A DNA stretch of 64,000 bases from Candidatus Parcubacteria bacterium (GTDB lineage Bacteria; Patescibacteriota; Saccharimonadia; UBA4664; JAHWKN01). The position numbers and the translations under genes were made by a program. The notes under the pieces were generated by a model, which was not told the origin of the DNA, made no database searches, and saw only the letters and a program-made list of their open reading frames with translations. The DNA lies in the NCBI GenBank assembly GCA_019347875.1, contig JAHWKN010000001.1:6801-70800 (forward strand). Reading direction: 5' to 3'. Position 1 is the first letter of the stretch; each line of letters opens with the position of its first letter. Below are positions 8,776 to 19,452 of the stretch, piece by piece.

Positions 8776-10064
8776 GGCCGCGCGCTGCGACTGGAGCTAA
8801 GGCCGGCCAGCAGTCCGATGGCCGCCCAAATGTGGGTGATGTAGAGCGTTGAGAAGGTTTGGTACTGAACGGCGGTGGCGGCCAGCGCCGCCAGCAGTGC
8901 GACCAGCCAGATCGCCAGTGGCTCGGGGCCGGCGCGAAGCAAAGCCCTGCCGGCCTGCCACAGCAGGCTAAGTGCAAACAGCACAAAAGCCAGCGCTCCC
9001 AGCAAACCGGTTTCGGCCAAGATCTCCAGCGGCTCGTTGTTGACGATGGCGCTGGTGTCGGTAAACTTATCCGGTCTTGCTTGGTTGGCATAGTGGCCGA
9101 AGTTGCCTGGGCCGATGCCCAGCAGCGGCTGCTCCGTAAAGGCCCGCACCGCCAGGCGCCTGGTGACCGTGCGCCCTTCGGATGATTCGCCGTAACCGAC
9201 GTTGGTGGTTTGCCGAGAGAACTTCTTGACGCTCTCGCCGGCGGTAGTGTCCTTTTGGTCGACCGCCGTGCCGAGCGCGATCAGCCCGACGGCCAGCGTG
9301 ATGGTCAAGGCCACCGCGGCGATCAGGCCGAGCAGCTGGCGGCGATGCTTGAGCAGTATCGCCGCCGCCGCCAGCACCAGCACCAGCACCGCCATGCCGG
9401 CAAAGGCACCGCGCGACAGCGTTAGCCACAGGGCGGTTAAAAGCGGCAGGAGCAGCCACCACCAACGCCGGCGTCTAGTAAAAACGTAATGAGAGCCGGC
9501 TAGCGCAACCGGGATTAATAAGTAGTTGGCAAAGTACAGCGGCTCCAGCGCGGTCGACTGGATGCGCGGGAAACCGAACACCGCCTTGGTGTAGTGCGGG
9601 CGCAGGCCGGTAATAGAGGTGGGCAGGCCGATGAGGTCGGCAAAGTACTGGAAAAAGCCGAAAGCGGTAACGGTCAGCGCGCTGACGGCGATGACGGCGC
9701 CGTAAACGGGTAGTTGGCTAACCTCCAGGCGGTTGGCCAAGGTCCGGGCCAGTATGGCTACGAAAGCGGTGAAGGCGGTTACCATCAGCCCTTCGACCGG
9801 ATCGGCGGCCAGCCCGGCCGACAGCAGTGTCACAAACAAAAACAGCGCCAGCCAGCGCCAGGGCGGGTTGAGTAATTGGCGGCGCCTGTCCCACAGCAGC
9901 GGCAGGTTGATGGCGATTAAAAGTAGTCCAGCTACCTGGCTGAGGCGGATGGTGATCTCGGCCGCGCCCGCGTTTAAATCAAGCGCCGGAATCCGCTCCA
10001 GCGGCAGTGTCGCTAGAATAAAGTATATTAAGTAGCGGCTCCAGCGCTGTAGCGGGATGTTCAT
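8772..10064 (-). CDS. O-antigen ligase / Wzy-like polymerase family membrane protein
   Basis: At least 10 TM helices. Wzy_C-like LTLSRGAFAGMAVLVLVL segment followed by a large periplasmic loop. Overlaps the downstream gene by 4 nt. Confidence 0.55.
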   Translation of the reverse strand: MNIPLQRWSRYLIYFILATLPLERIPALDLNAGAAEITIRLSQVAGLLLIAINLPLLWDRRRQLLNPPWRWLALFLFVTLLSAGLAADPVEGLMVTAFTAFVAILARTLANRLEVSQLPVYGAVIAVSALTVTAFGFFQYFADLIGLPTSITGLRPHYTKAVFGFPRIQSTALEPLYFANYLLIPVALAGSHYVFTRRRRWWWLLLPLLTALWLTLSRGAFAGMAVLVLVLAAAAILLKHRRQLLGLIAAVALTITLAVGLIALGTAVDQKDTTAGESVKKFSRQTTNVGYGESSEGRTVTRRLAVRAFTEQPLLGIGPGNFGHYANQARPDKFTDTSAIVNNEPLEILAETGLLGALAFVLFALSLLWQAGRALLRAGPEPLAIWLVALLAALAATAVQYQTFSTLYITHIWAAIGLLAGLSSSRSARP

Positions 10065-10177
10065 AGGTGGGTATTGTACCAGCTTGCGCTTGAGCTCTCA
10101 ATTTTTTTTGACGGGTATCTTTGTTTGACTTTTAGGTTTGGCCACGGGAAAATTAAAAGCACTAACTCGAGGACTCT

Positions 10178-11173
10178 ATGGCTCAAGCTCAAAAACGCGC
10201 GCTCATCACCGGCATCACCGGCCAGGACGGCACCTATCTGGCCGAGCTGCTGCTTAGCAAAAACTACCAAGTCTACGGACTAATCCGCGGACAAAACAAC
10301 CCCAAGCGGGCGATGGTCGAGCAGCTTTTGCCGGCGGTTGAGCTGGTCGAGGGCGACCTGTCGGACATGGGCTCGTTGGTGGCGGCGCTGGAGTACTGCC
10401 AGCCCGACGAGGTGTACAACCTGGGGGCGATCAGCTTTGTAGCGCTGTCGTTTAAGCAGCCCGAACTAACAGGCGACATCACCGGTCTGGGGGCGCTGCG
10501 GCTGCTTGAGGCCATTCGTATAATTGACGGCGGCAAAGGGAAGATGCGCTTTTATCAGGCTTCTACCAGCGAGCTGTACGGCAAGGTACGCGAAACGCCC
10601 CAAAATGAGTTAACGCCTTTCCACCCCCGCAGCCCCTACGGAGTGGCCAAGGCTTATGCGCACTATATGACCGTTAACTACCGCGAAAGCTATGGCATAC
10701 ACGCCTCTTGCGGCATACTGTTCAACCATGAATCGCCGCGGCGGGGTCACGAATTCGTTACCCGCAAGGTTACCAGCATGGTAGCCCGGATAAAGCTGGG
10801 TCTCCAGAAGGAGATTCCGTTGGGCAATCTGGATTCCAAGCGCGACTGGGGCTTTGCCGGCGACTACGTTAAAGGGATGTGGTTGATGCTGCAGCAGGAT
10901 GAACCCGACGATTACGTCTTGGCAACCGGCGAAACTCACTCTATTAAAGAGCTGCTGGACGTAGCCTTTAAAGAGGTGGGCATTGAGGACTGGTCTGAGT
11001 CTGTCAAGCAGGACCCCCGTTTTATGCGACCGGCCGAGGTCGACCTGTTAATCGGCGACCCCACAAAGGCCAAAAAAGTACTCGGCTGGCAATCGGAAAC
11101 CAGCTTTGAAGAGCTAATAAAAATGATGGTTAAAGGCGACCTGGAGCTAGAAAGCCAAAAGCTAGCTAAGTAG
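10178..11173 (+). CDS. gmd: GDP-mannose 4,6-dehydratase
   Basis: N-terminal [30 protein letters not shown] and SDR catalytic YGVAKAYA (YxxxK) are textbook Gmd. 331 aa. Confidence 0.95.
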   Translation: MAQAQKRALITGITGQDGTYLAELLLSKNYQVYGLIRGQNNPKRAMVEQLLPAVELVEGDLSDMGSLVAALEYCQPDEVYNLGAISFVALSFKQPELTGDITGLGALRLLEAIRIIDGGKGKMRFYQASTSELYGKVRETPQNELTPFHPRSPYGVAKAYAHYMTVNYRESYGIHASCGILFNHESPRRGHEFVTRKVTSMVARIKLGLQKEIPLGNLDSKRDWGFAGDYVKGMWLMLQQDEPDDYVLATGETHSIKELLDVAFKEVGIEDWSESVKQDPRFMRPAEVDLLIGDPTKAKKVLGWQSETSFEELIKMMVKGDLELESQKLAK

Positions 11174-12094
11174 CTAAGCCCTCAGGCGCCAATCGTCCAG
11201 CACGTCCCGCAGCGTTTGCTCTAGCGGAATAACAGGCTGCCAGCCCGTAGCCTGATGAATTTTGGTAGCGTCACCATACAAGTCCGGAATGTCGGACGGC
11301 CGCATTTTAGCCGGATCCGGCTCGGCTTTAATTGGTTTAGATGAAAGCGACAGCAGCTGGTTTAAGATCTGCTGGCCGGGTACCGACCGACCGCTGCAAA
11401 CGTTGTAAACCTCTCCCGGCACACCTTTCTCGGCCAGTAAGCTGTAGGCTCTGACAATATCCCGGACATCGGTAAAATCCCGCTTTGAGCTAAGATTTCC
11501 AACCTTCAGGGGGGTTGGCGCATCGTGTTTTTCCAGCTCGGCAATCTGCTTGGCCAGATCAGACACCAAGAATCCTGGCTGCTGGCCCGGACCGATGTGG
11601 TTAAAGGGGCGAGCGATTATCGAGTTAAAACCTCGTTTGGCATACATTTTCGCCAGATTCTCCTGGCCCACTTTGGCCACAGTATAAGGGCTGTTGAAGT
11701 CTAGCGAGGAAGTTTCACTCAGCGGCAACTCTTTAGGGCCGGCCTTGCCATAGATCTGCCCGCTGCTGATAATTATGAATTTGGGGGGGATGTTTAGTTG
11801 TAGGCAAGCTTCGTAGAGGTTGATCTCCATGGCCAAGGTTTCATTGATGGCCGCAACCGGCTGCTTAAACGAGAGGGCAGGCGAAGAGAAGGCGGCCAAG
11901 TGGTAAATCACACCAGGCCTTACTTGGTCCAGAACGCTCCTTAGTCGTTCAAAATTCATCAAATCAACGGTCACAAACCCTTCGGTTTCGCGGCTACTCT
12001 TGGTTGTACCATAGACTTCCTGGCTCTCTGAACGCAGATGTTCTAGCAAGTGCTTGCCAACGAAACCCGCCGCGCCGGTTACTAGAGTTTTCAT
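11174..12094 (-). CDS. NAD-dependent GDP-sugar epimerase/reductase (Rmd / GDP-4-keto-6-deoxymannose reductase-like SDR)
   Basis: MKTLVTGAAGFVGKHL Rossmann motif and YTVAKVGQE catalytic YxxxK. About 300 aa, convergent on gmd. Specificity (Rmd versus Fcl/ColC-like) cannot be decided from sequence. Confidence 0.65.
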   Translation of the reverse strand: MKTLVTGAAGFVGKHLLEHLRSESQEVYGTTKSSRETEGFVTVDLMNFERLRSVLDQVRPGVIYHLAAFSSPALSFKQPVAAINETLAMEINLYEACLQLNIPPKFIIISSGQIYGKAGPKELPLSETSSLDFNSPYTVAKVGQENLAKMYAKRGFNSIIARPFNHIGPGQQPGFLVSDLAKQIAELEKHDAPTPLKVGNLSSKRDFTDVRDIVRAYSLLAEKGVPGEVYNVCSGRSVPGQQILNQLLSLSSKPIKAEPDPAKMRPSDIPDLYGDATKIHQATGWQPVIPLEQTLRDVLDDWRLRA

Positions 12095-13239
12095 GTTTGG
12101 TGTACCTTCTCTAACACCTTAAGTAGCTTCCGGGCGCTGCCCTCCCAGGTAAACTTCTTGGCCTGCTCAAGCCCTTTGCGCCGCATTCCTACCGCCAGCT
12201 TGGGGTGGGTTAGCACCCGCTCCATCGCAGCAGTGATAGCCTTGGTGTCCTCGGCTTTTATCATAATTCCGGCGTCGCCCACCACTTCGGGCAGCGAGGA
12301 GTTGTCGCTGGTAATAACCGGTACGCCGCAGGCCATGGCCTCCAGCGGCGGCATCCCGAAGCCTTCGTAGAAAGAGGGATAAACAAAGACGGAGGCGCCG
12401 CTGTAGAGGGCCGGCAGATCCTCATCCGGCACGTAGCCCGTCAAGAAGATATTAAGGTCTTCAAGCTCCTTTAATCGGCGCAGGATCTCCCTATCCATCC
12501 ACCCCTTGCCGCCAGCTAAAACCAGAGCATACCCCTCCTGAAGCAATTTTGGCAGAGCGGCATAAGCGTTCAATAGGCCTACGATATTTTTCCGTGGCTC
12601 CAGTGTACCGGTGTACAAAACATACTTATCGCTAAGACCGAATTTGTTTTTAATAGCACCAATCTCGTCCCGAGAGCGAGGGTTGTAGATGCCATGATCA
12701 ACGGCTGGGTTGATGATAGTAATACGCTTGGGGCTGACGGCATAATGTTCAACAAGCTCTTGCTGTGAGTTTTGTGATATGGTGACAATGTGATCAGCTT
12801 TTTTGATTGAACGCGGCACAAAACGGCTCAAATACCACTGGTTCTTCTGGTCGCTGTGCTTGGCCTGGAAGATAAAGGATAGGTCGTAAATAACAATGAT
12901 TGATTTTTCTTTTAATGCCAACGGATAACGTACGAAGTGAGGGAAAAAGAAGATATCTGGACGGCTGCGCAGCAACAGATCCACGGGAGGCGCCAGCCGC
13001 TTTTTGTGGAGACGGCTGTAAACCCGGCCAGGTAAAAAGCGAATAAAGCGGTAACTTAGGTTGGGCCTGGTACCTAAAGGCGGCGAAGGAATCTTTTTAC
13101 CAAAGAACAAGAAGCCAAAAATCGTGTATTGGTTCGACTGGTCGATTTGCAGCAAGGCCTCAGTGAGCCGTTTGGTGTATTGGTAGACGCCGGATTTAAG
13201 GCTTCCAAAAAGGACATTACCTGCAATGCAGACTTTCAC
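12091..13239 (-). CDS. glycosyltransferase family 4
   Basis: SFYEGFGMPPLEAMACGVPVITSDNSSLPEVVGDAG motif. 4-nt overlap with the downstream reductase gene. Confidence 0.85.
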   Translation of the reverse strand: MKVCIAGNVLFGSLKSGVYQYTKRLTEALLQIDQSNQYTIFGFLFFGKKIPSPPLGTRPNLSYRFIRFLPGRVYSRLHKKRLAPPVDLLLRSRPDIFFFPHFVRYPLALKEKSIIVIYDLSFIFQAKHSDQKNQWYLSRFVPRSIKKADHIVTISQNSQQELVEHYAVSPKRITIINPAVDHGIYNPRSRDEIGAIKNKFGLSDKYVLYTGTLEPRKNIVGLLNAYAALPKLLQEGYALVLAGGKGWMDREILRRLKELEDLNIFLTGYVPDEDLPALYSGASVFVYPSFYEGFGMPPLEAMACGVPVITSDNSSLPEVVGDAGIMIKAEDTKAITAAMERVLTHPKLAVGMRRKGLEQAKKFTWEGSARKLLKVLEKVHQT

Positions 13240-13291
13240 TGTCCTTTCCCATGGTGGTAAACCGCGTTTTTGGTGAAAGGCTTCAAAGTTA

Positions 13292-14185
13292 TCATGCCTT
13301 GCCGACCGTCATTTTAAGCCTATGTTTTAAAAAGGGCAGGAAGTGAGCACGGAAAAATACAGCGTAAAACTTTAAAAATGCCTTTAGATAACCTTTTCCC
13401 CAGTATCTTTTGTAAAATTTATATCTGATTATGATATTAAACTGCGAGCGGATAGAGAAAAGGGCTTTGGTGAAAAAGCCGAAAGTAAGGTTCTTCATTT
13501 CTCTGGACACCCAAGAGGAGTCAACATCGGCATATACTTTGCTTGCCGGGTCAACTATCAACCGGTACCCATTCGATTTCGCACGTAGCGAGAAGTCGCT
13601 ATCGCCAAAGTACTGGGGAAAGTTTTTGGCATCAAAAAGACCAGTAGTACTGAAAGCCTTAATGGGTATTAGCATCCCCATGCCGGTTAGCATATCCACC
13701 TCCTGTCTTTCTGTAAAATCTTCATCCTCCCCGTCTATCAAGACAATGTCCGCCAGGTCGCTATCCAGCTTAGCCCCAAAGTACCACACCTTTGAGGGGT
13801 CATCTCGGTAGTAAATTTTGGCACCGATTATGGCCTTTGGCGTGGCCGCTGACGCCTCAACTAACCCGCGCAGTATAGCGGAATCAAGAATGACATCGTT
13901 ATTCATCGTTAGAACATAATCGGCCTCTTTAGCTATGGCTGCTTTAATGCCTAAATTGGTCGCTCCAGACCACCAAAGACCGCCATCGCCCTGGAGTACT
14001 TCTACATCGGGGAAGGAGGACTTAATAACCGAGCTTGAACCATCGGTTGAGCCGTCATCGACTATGATCAGGCCGTAATTGGGGTAATCTATATGTTGCA
14101 CCGACTCGATATATTTAGTGGTATGGCTTATGCCGTTGTGTATTGGCGTGATGATGAAAACTTTCGGGGAAGCGTGTTTAGGCAT
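13292..14185 (-). CDS. glycosyltransferase family 2 (GT-A)
   Basis: VFIITPIHNG...GLIIVDDGSTDGS. DxD-type fold. AT-richer codon usage than the flanking genes. Confidence 0.85.
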   Translation of the reverse strand: MPKHASPKVFIITPIHNGISHTTKYIESVQHIDYPNYGLIIVDDGSTDGSSSVIKSSFPDVEVLQGDGGLWWSGATNLGIKAAIAKEADYVLTMNNDVILDSAILRGLVEASAATPKAIIGAKIYYRDDPSKVWYFGAKLDSDLADIVLIDGEDEDFTERQEVDMLTGMGMLIPIKAFSTTGLFDAKNFPQYFGDSDFSLRAKSNGYRLIVDPASKVYADVDSSWVSREMKNLTFGFFTKALFSIRSQFNIIIRYKFYKRYWGKGYLKAFLKFYAVFFRAHFLPFLKHRLKMTVGKA

Positions 14186-15413
14186 CTTCTTTTGCGGCTC
14201 CCTGAAACACTTTCAGCATGTTTTCAGAATACTTCGACCAGCTGATGTTATGTTTAACAAATTCGTAAGCCGCCAGGGCTAGACGCTGTCGCAGCTCTGG
14301 GTCGACTAGTAGGGTTTTAACAGTTGCCGCTAACTTTTCTGGCTTGAGTGGCTCTATCAATAAGGCGGTCTTACCCTCCTCGAGCACCTCGTGAGCCCCG
14401 GCTGTTTTAGACACTATTACCGGCGTTCCTGAGGCAATTGCTTCGAAGACCGCCAGCCCCCATGTTTGATTGTGATTTGGAAAAACAAAAACATCACTGT
14501 TGCGGTAGTGCTCTCGCAGATCAGCTTCTGATAGCCTACCCAAAAATAAAACTTGCTTTTCCAGGCCCAACGCCTTAACTCGGTCAGTCAACATCTGTCC
14601 GTATTCTGGGTCAAACTGAGCGCTGCCCGCAATGTTGAGCTGAACTTTTAGCCCCTCTTTTGCCAACAGGCTGACGCCGTCAATAGCGTCTTCAAACCGG
14701 CGCCAGCGGAAGAAAATACCAGCCGCCATGACGGTAAATGTCTTGTTGGTCTTCTCGAATTTGGGCTGGAAGCTGGAGGTATCCAAGCCGCTGCGGATAA
14801 CGATAGATTGGTGTTTCATATGGGTATTAAGCAAAGCCCGGTTCCTGTTATCCAGCACAACCGTGCGATCAAAGGCTTTTATCAGTCCCTGCACTCGTCG
14901 CTCCTCAGCCCAAAAAAGGGCATGTAGCGCCCAGGCAGATAAGGCGCCTAGAAGTGATTTGGGCTTAAGGGGGTAGTTGCGGTAGTGTTCGCGGGTTTTT
15001 AAGATTGGTACATCATTGCACATCCATATCGCCTTTGCGGAGGGGAACCGCTGTTTGTATCTGTTTGCTACTTTTTCCATGTGGAGGTCGTGGAAGTTAA
15101 CGACGTCGTATCCGCCGTCTACCGCTTCGGCAAGCCTGCAGGCCCTTTTATCGTCCCGATGGAAAGAGGAGTAGCCTTCAGCTAGAACAGCGGCAATTTT
15201 ATTCTGAGACCCCTCTGGGGGACGGGGTGGCGTTGAGGCGAGCTTCTTAATTACTAGCCCTTGGGTTAATTCAGGGTAACATTTTGACGAATCATAGCAG
15301 TAACACCAAATATCCACCTCATGCTGCTTGGCCAATTGGCGTGCCAGTTCGAGGGCTTGCCGTTGAGTCCCGCCACTAACGGTTAAGTCCCAGACTACTA
15401 TTGCTATCTTCAT
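14178..15413 (-). CDS. glycosyltransferase family 4
   Basis: C-terminal FVFPNHNQTWGLAVFEAIASGTPVIVSKTAGAHEVL. Overlaps the GT2 gene by 8 nt. Confidence 0.8.
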   Translation of the reverse strand: MKIAIVVWDLTVSGGTQRQALELARQLAKQHEVDIWCYCYDSSKCYPELTQGLVIKKLASTPPRPPEGSQNKIAAVLAEGYSSFHRDDKRACRLAEAVDGGYDVVNFHDLHMEKVANRYKQRFPSAKAIWMCNDVPILKTREHYRNYPLKPKSLLGALSAWALHALFWAEERRVQGLIKAFDRTVVLDNRNRALLNTHMKHQSIVIRSGLDTSSFQPKFEKTNKTFTVMAAGIFFRWRRFEDAIDGVSLLAKEGLKVQLNIAGSAQFDPEYGQMLTDRVKALGLEKQVLFLGRLSEADLREHYRNSDVFVFPNHNQTWGLAVFEAIASGTPVIVSKTAGAHEVLEEGKTALLIEPLKPEKLAATVKTLLVDPELRQRLALAAYEFVKHNISWSKYSENMLKVFQGAAKEDA

Positions 15414-15489
15414 TGATACTGCCGGCTAATTCTCATAAATTCCAAGAGGAATAGTCGGCGGAAATTTTTAAAAGCACTACGTTTTGAGT

Positions 15490-16680
15490 TCACTGCGTTT
15501 TACCACTAAAAACGTCGATAATCTCGGCTTTTTCGTCGTCGGTCAGCTCGGGGTTATTGCCGAAGTATAGGCCCTGTTCGTGTATCAGTTTAGCGTTCGA
15601 TCGGCCCAGCACCTTCCGGAAGATCCGCTCATGGCGATCAAAAAAAGGTTGTTGCGTCATATCCCCACCAACCACGGGTCGCAGCTCAATCCGGCCTTCG
15701 CACTTTTTAACCAGCTCGTCCCGAATCTCTGGAGATCGACAGACCACGGGCACTGCAAAATTCGACAATGTATCCATGTGATCGTAACGAATGGGGTAGA
15801 AGCGATCGGATTGCTGATAGATACGAGGTGCAAGCTCCAGATAATTTCGTTGACGCTGCTGTACGATTTCGTCCAGGTATTTAATCTGGATGTTGCCCAA
15901 AAAACCAGCAACTTCAGTTGGCCTCAGATTGTATCCTAGCTCATAAAAGGTATAGCGCGAGTAAAAGGCGGAGTTAATGTTGAATTTTTTACGTACTTCC
16001 GTTTGAGCCGTCAGATTGAGATTGCGGTCCCAGCCATGTGCTCTCACCAGTCGAACCATGCTGGCCAACTCCTGGTCGTCAGTGCAGATGGCCCCACCCT
16101 CGATAGTGGACATATGGTGACCGACATAAAACGAAAAGGTGCTGGCGGATCCGAAGTTGCCTAGTTTCCGTCCGCGGTACGCGCTCCCCAGCGCTTCACA
16201 GTTGTCTTCGATTAAAATAATATTTCTTTCCTGGCAAATTTTTGCAATTTCATCTATGTCATCGCAGAAGCCTAGCAAGTTGGTTAAAAACACCATTTTA
16301 ACCGGGAACTGATCAAGCATTTGGCGCAATTTTCGGCTGGAAACGTTTAAGGTATCAAGCTCCACATCTACCGGTAGGGCCTCCAGCCCAAGCTGGATCA
16401 GGGGCATAACATTGGTTGACCAAGTTAGGGCCGAAAAGGCTACGATATCACCGTTTTTCAGGCGGCCGAGATTGAGCAGGGCCTGGATAATAGCCAGATT
16501 AGCTGAACTGCCGCTGTTAAGAAAAATACTGTCATCGCAGCCCTGGTAGCCCGATAAATGGCGCTCAAACCGCTCGCATTCCTGGCCAAAACTGAGCTGA
16601 GCGGCCGATCCTATGAAGCGGGTAAGCTCTTGCTTGGTGGATTCTTCATTGTAAAAAGTCGATTTGATAAGTTTTATCAT
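15490..16680 (-). CDS. DegT/DnrJ/EryC1/StrS-family PLP/PMP enzyme; Lys-to-His at the cofactor position suggests a ColD/E1-like GDP-4-keto-6-deoxymannose 3-dehydratase rather than a transaminase
   Basis: Family fold (SGSSANLAI..., IEDNCEALGSAY). In the motif STFSFYVGHHMSTIEGG, the Schiff-base lysine (ArnB FSFHAIKNITCAEGG) aligns with His. This replacement is the known signature of sugar 3-dehydratases (ColD His188; E1). Confidence 0.7.
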   Translation of the reverse strand: MIKLIKSTFYNEESTKQELTRFIGSAAQLSFGQECERFERHLSGYQGCDDSIFLNSGSSANLAIIQALLNLGRLKNGDIVAFSALTWSTNVMPLIQLGLEALPVDVELDTLNVSSRKLRQMLDQFPVKMVFLTNLLGFCDDIDEIAKICQERNIILIEDNCEALGSAYRGRKLGNFGSASTFSFYVGHHMSTIEGGAICTDDQELASMVRLVRAHGWDRNLNLTAQTEVRKKFNINSAFYSRYTFYELGYNLRPTEVAGFLGNIQIKYLDEIVQQRQRNYLELAPRIYQQSDRFYPIRYDHMDTLSNFAVPVVCRSPEIRDELVKKCEGRIELRPVVGGDMTQQPFFDRHERIFRKVLGRSNAKLIHEQGLYFGNNPELTDDEKAEIIDVFSGKTQ

Positions 16681-16911
16681 TGGCCGGTTTACCTAAAAGT
16701 CGTTTTTATCAAAGGCGGCGGGACGGAAGTTTATAAGACATCTCTTGCTATATCATACCTCTATTGTTCCTTTTTACTAACAGCCACCAACTTGTTTCTT
16801 TGGCCGTACTATTTGAATAAGCCAACGAGTGCCTCGCATTTTAGCAACTTTCACTTTTGTACTCGCTGTTGCCCGTGTAGCCTCGAAGCGTCTAGCTGGC
16901 TCAAGCCCTGG

Positions 16912-18420
16912 TTACGGTTTTATTCTACGCTTTATGAGAACCAGCAACTCTCTATCCTGCTTATCGCTAAGCCCGAGCAAAAGGAAACTGACTGCGCTTA
17001 CCCCGACTATTAACAGGTACACTAGTACAAACTCCTTTAGGCCGACAATGTGGCCTCTTAGGAGGTAGGCTAAGGCTAACTCGATAGCCGCCAGAATGGC
17101 TAGCTTGTATAGAGTTTTGAGGTAGAAGTGTAAGCCCCTTATCTTGAGGATTGATCTTTCTACAAAATGAATAAAAATGAATGAAGGCAAGACCGACAGT
17201 AAGAATGCGAAAGCAGCCCCATTGACGCCGAAGCTGGGGATTAGGAGGATGACCAGTAGCACATTAAGCATGCCAGATACAACCGAAAATATAGCCACAG
17301 GGCGGGGTTTGCCGGCGCCAAAGGCAATATAAGAAGGGATGGTAGTCATGGCAAGTATAGAGTATGTAGCTAGCAACAACTGCATCACTAAGGAGCTTTT
17401 TTGAGCAAATTCCAGGCCGACCCAGTGGAGCAGAAAAGGGTAAGATAACACATACATTGGCGTGACGCCTAGGACAATTAGGGTCAAGGTTAAGCGAACC
17501 GCCCGCCAATACAGTCGCTGTAGCTTATCTAGCTGTCCCGTCGCAAAAAGCTCGGAGCTAAGAGGGAAAATCACAGTTGTGATGGCGGCTATGGACCGCT
17601 GCACTTTTATGGCCAGGCCACCAGGCAGAACGTAAAAGGCTACTGCTGCAGTACCTAGGCTATAGCCTAGAATAATCTTATCTAACTCCAGTAAGATGGT
17701 TCCGGCTAACGTACTGATTGTGGCGTAACCGCCAAAAACAAAGATTTTTTTGGTGGTTTCCTTATCAAAGGTCGGAACGAGCTTAAGTTGGGGAATAAGC
17801 CTTTTATTGACTCTGGCATAAACAAATATTGCTATAAAGCTAATGCACGCACCCAGCAAAACTAAGGCGGCCACTCCGAACCCCATCATAATTAGGGCTA
17901 CAGTGAGCGCAGACGCAACCGTAGACACCAGGAGATTTATCTTGCTGGTAATGTCGAATCGCTGCAGGGACCCGGGGATGGCAGAGAAGGCCGATAAAAT
18001 CATGTTGGCTAAAAAACCAAAGGCTGCTATGTAAAAGACTACTCGAATAGTTGCCGAGTTGCCGGCGCTTACTTTGAAAAAGTCTGAGGCCCAAAAGTGT
18101 GCGAAGAGAGAGATTGCTACGGCAGCGACAAGCCCAATGATTAAATAGAAAAATAGCGCCGTAGAGAAGAGCCGGCTTAGGAGTTGATACTTTTTCTGCG
18201 CATAATACTCAGCGGTGTACTTCACTAGAGAGGGAGATATACCAAAGTCTACAAAGGCCAAAAAGCCAACAAACGACGTGACTAAGGCTAAAATCCCATA
18301 ACTTTCGGCACCTAGGGCTCTAACCACAAAAGGAGTGACGAAGAAAGACAGAAGAACCGGCCACGCAAAAGCGACGAAACTGTAAACGGAATTTCTGACC
18401 GTTTTCTTAGTAAGATCCAT
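16912..18420 (-). CDS. Wzx-type polysaccharide flippase (MOP superfamily)
   Basis: 502 aa with about 12-14 TM helices. Polysacc_synt-like N-terminus and lower GC. Confidence 0.8.
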   Translation of the reverse strand: MDLTKKTVRNSVYSFVAFAWPVLLSFFVTPFVVRALGAESYGILALVTSFVGFLAFVDFGISPSLVKYTAEYYAQKKYQLLSRLFSTALFFYLIIGLVAAVAISLFAHFWASDFFKVSAGNSATIRVVFYIAAFGFLANMILSAFSAIPGSLQRFDITSKINLLVSTVASALTVALIMMGFGVAALVLLGACISFIAIFVYARVNKRLIPQLKLVPTFDKETTKKIFVFGGYATISTLAGTILLELDKIILGYSLGTAAVAFYVLPGGLAIKVQRSIAAITTVIFPLSSELFATGQLDKLQRLYWRAVRLTLTLIVLGVTPMYVLSYPFLLHWVGLEFAQKSSLVMQLLLATYSILAMTTIPSYIAFGAGKPRPVAIFSVVSGMLNVLLVILLIPSFGVNGAAFAFLLSVLPSFIFIHFVERSILKIRGLHFYLKTLYKLAILAAIELALAYLLRGHIVGLKEFVLVYLLIVGVSAVSFLLLGLSDKQDRELLVLIKRRIKP

Positions 18421-18428
18421 GGCGGTTG

Positions 18429-19376
18429 TTATTGAGGCTGATGTTGTCGATGAGCCAAGTACCAGTCAATAGTTTTGCGTAGTCCCTCATCGAAGGTAAC
18501 TCTCGATTTAAAACCAAACTCGCCCTCAGCTTTCGATGTATCCAATTTCCGGCGCGGTTGACCGTTGGGCTTACTCGTGTCCCAGACTATTCTACCTTTG
18601 AAGCCGGTTGCTCTGGCGATAAGGTTAACCAAGTCTTTAATGGAAATCTCGAAAGCGGAACCCAAGTTAATCGGCTCGCTGTTGTTGTACTTTTCTGCTG
18701 CCAAAATAATACCTTCGGCGGCGTCCTCAACATACAAAAACTCTCGGGTAGCGGAACCGTCGCCCCAAACTACAACTTCTGCATCGTCGTTTTCCCCCGC
18801 GTCAACGCATTTTTTTATCAGTGCCGGGATCACATGTGAAGTTTCGGGGTGGAAATTGTCTCCGGGGCCGTACATGTTAACAGGTAGCAGGAAGATAGAG
18901 TTGTAGCCGTACTCTGCTCTGTAGCCTTGCGACTGTACCAGCATCATTTTCTTGGCTAATCCATATGGAGCATTGGTTTCTTCTGGGTACCCATTCCAGA
19001 GATCCTCCTCCTTGAAGGGGACCGGAGTATGTTTTGGGTAAGCACAAACCGTACCAAGGGCGACAAACTTCGGAATCTTATTGAGATAGGCTTGGTGGAG
19101 TAGCTGCACGCCCATCATTAGGTTGTCGTAAAAAAAAGATCCGGGGTGTTCTCGGTTAGCCCCAATCCCACCGACTTTAGCGGCTAAATGGATAACCATT
19201 TGGCAGGGGTTCTCCGCATACATCTTTTTAATTTGCGTGAGCTCAACTAAATCGTAGTCCGCGTGAGTGGGCGCCGTTACGTCGGCTCCTTTCGCCTTCA
19301 GCTTGGCGACTAGATGAGAGCCGAGAAAGCCATTGCCGCCGGTAACCAAGACCCTCTTGTCCCGCCAAAAGTCCAT
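18429..19376 (-). CDS. fcl: GDP-L-fucose synthase family enzyme (Fcl; could be a ColC-type GDP-L-colitose synthase)
   Basis: Collinear with E. coli Fcl: [67 protein letters not shown]. Confidence 0.85.
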   Translation of the reverse strand: MDFWRDKRVLVTGGNGFLGSHLVAKLKAKGADVTAPTHADYDLVELTQIKKMYAENPCQMVIHLAAKVGGIGANREHPGSFFYDNLMMGVQLLHQAYLNKIPKFVALGTVCAYPKHTPVPFKEEDLWNGYPEETNAPYGLAKKMMLVQSQGYRAEYGYNSIFLLPVNMYGPGDNFHPETSHVIPALIKKCVDAGENDDAEVVVWGDGSATREFLYVEDAAEGIILAAEKYNNSEPINLGSAFEISIKDLVNLIARATGFKGRIVWDTSKPNGQPRRKLDTSKAEGEFGFKSRVTFDEGLRKTIDWYLAHRQHQPQ

Positions 19377-19452
19377 TCTCGCCTCGTTTTACTCATATAA
19401 GGATAACAGATTCGAGCAGGGCTGTTAACATTCCTGCTCTGCAGCATGAAAT

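Noticed and set aside
8859-9489. ORFs 8859-9185 (+), 8875-9093 (+), 9067-9465 (-), 9202-9489 (+) and 9210-9425 (+) within the Wzy-like gene
   Set aside because: They overlap a 430-aa polytopic membrane protein ORF with consistent hydrophobic periodicity. Their Arg/Gly/Ala-rich translations are typical spurious high-GC frames.
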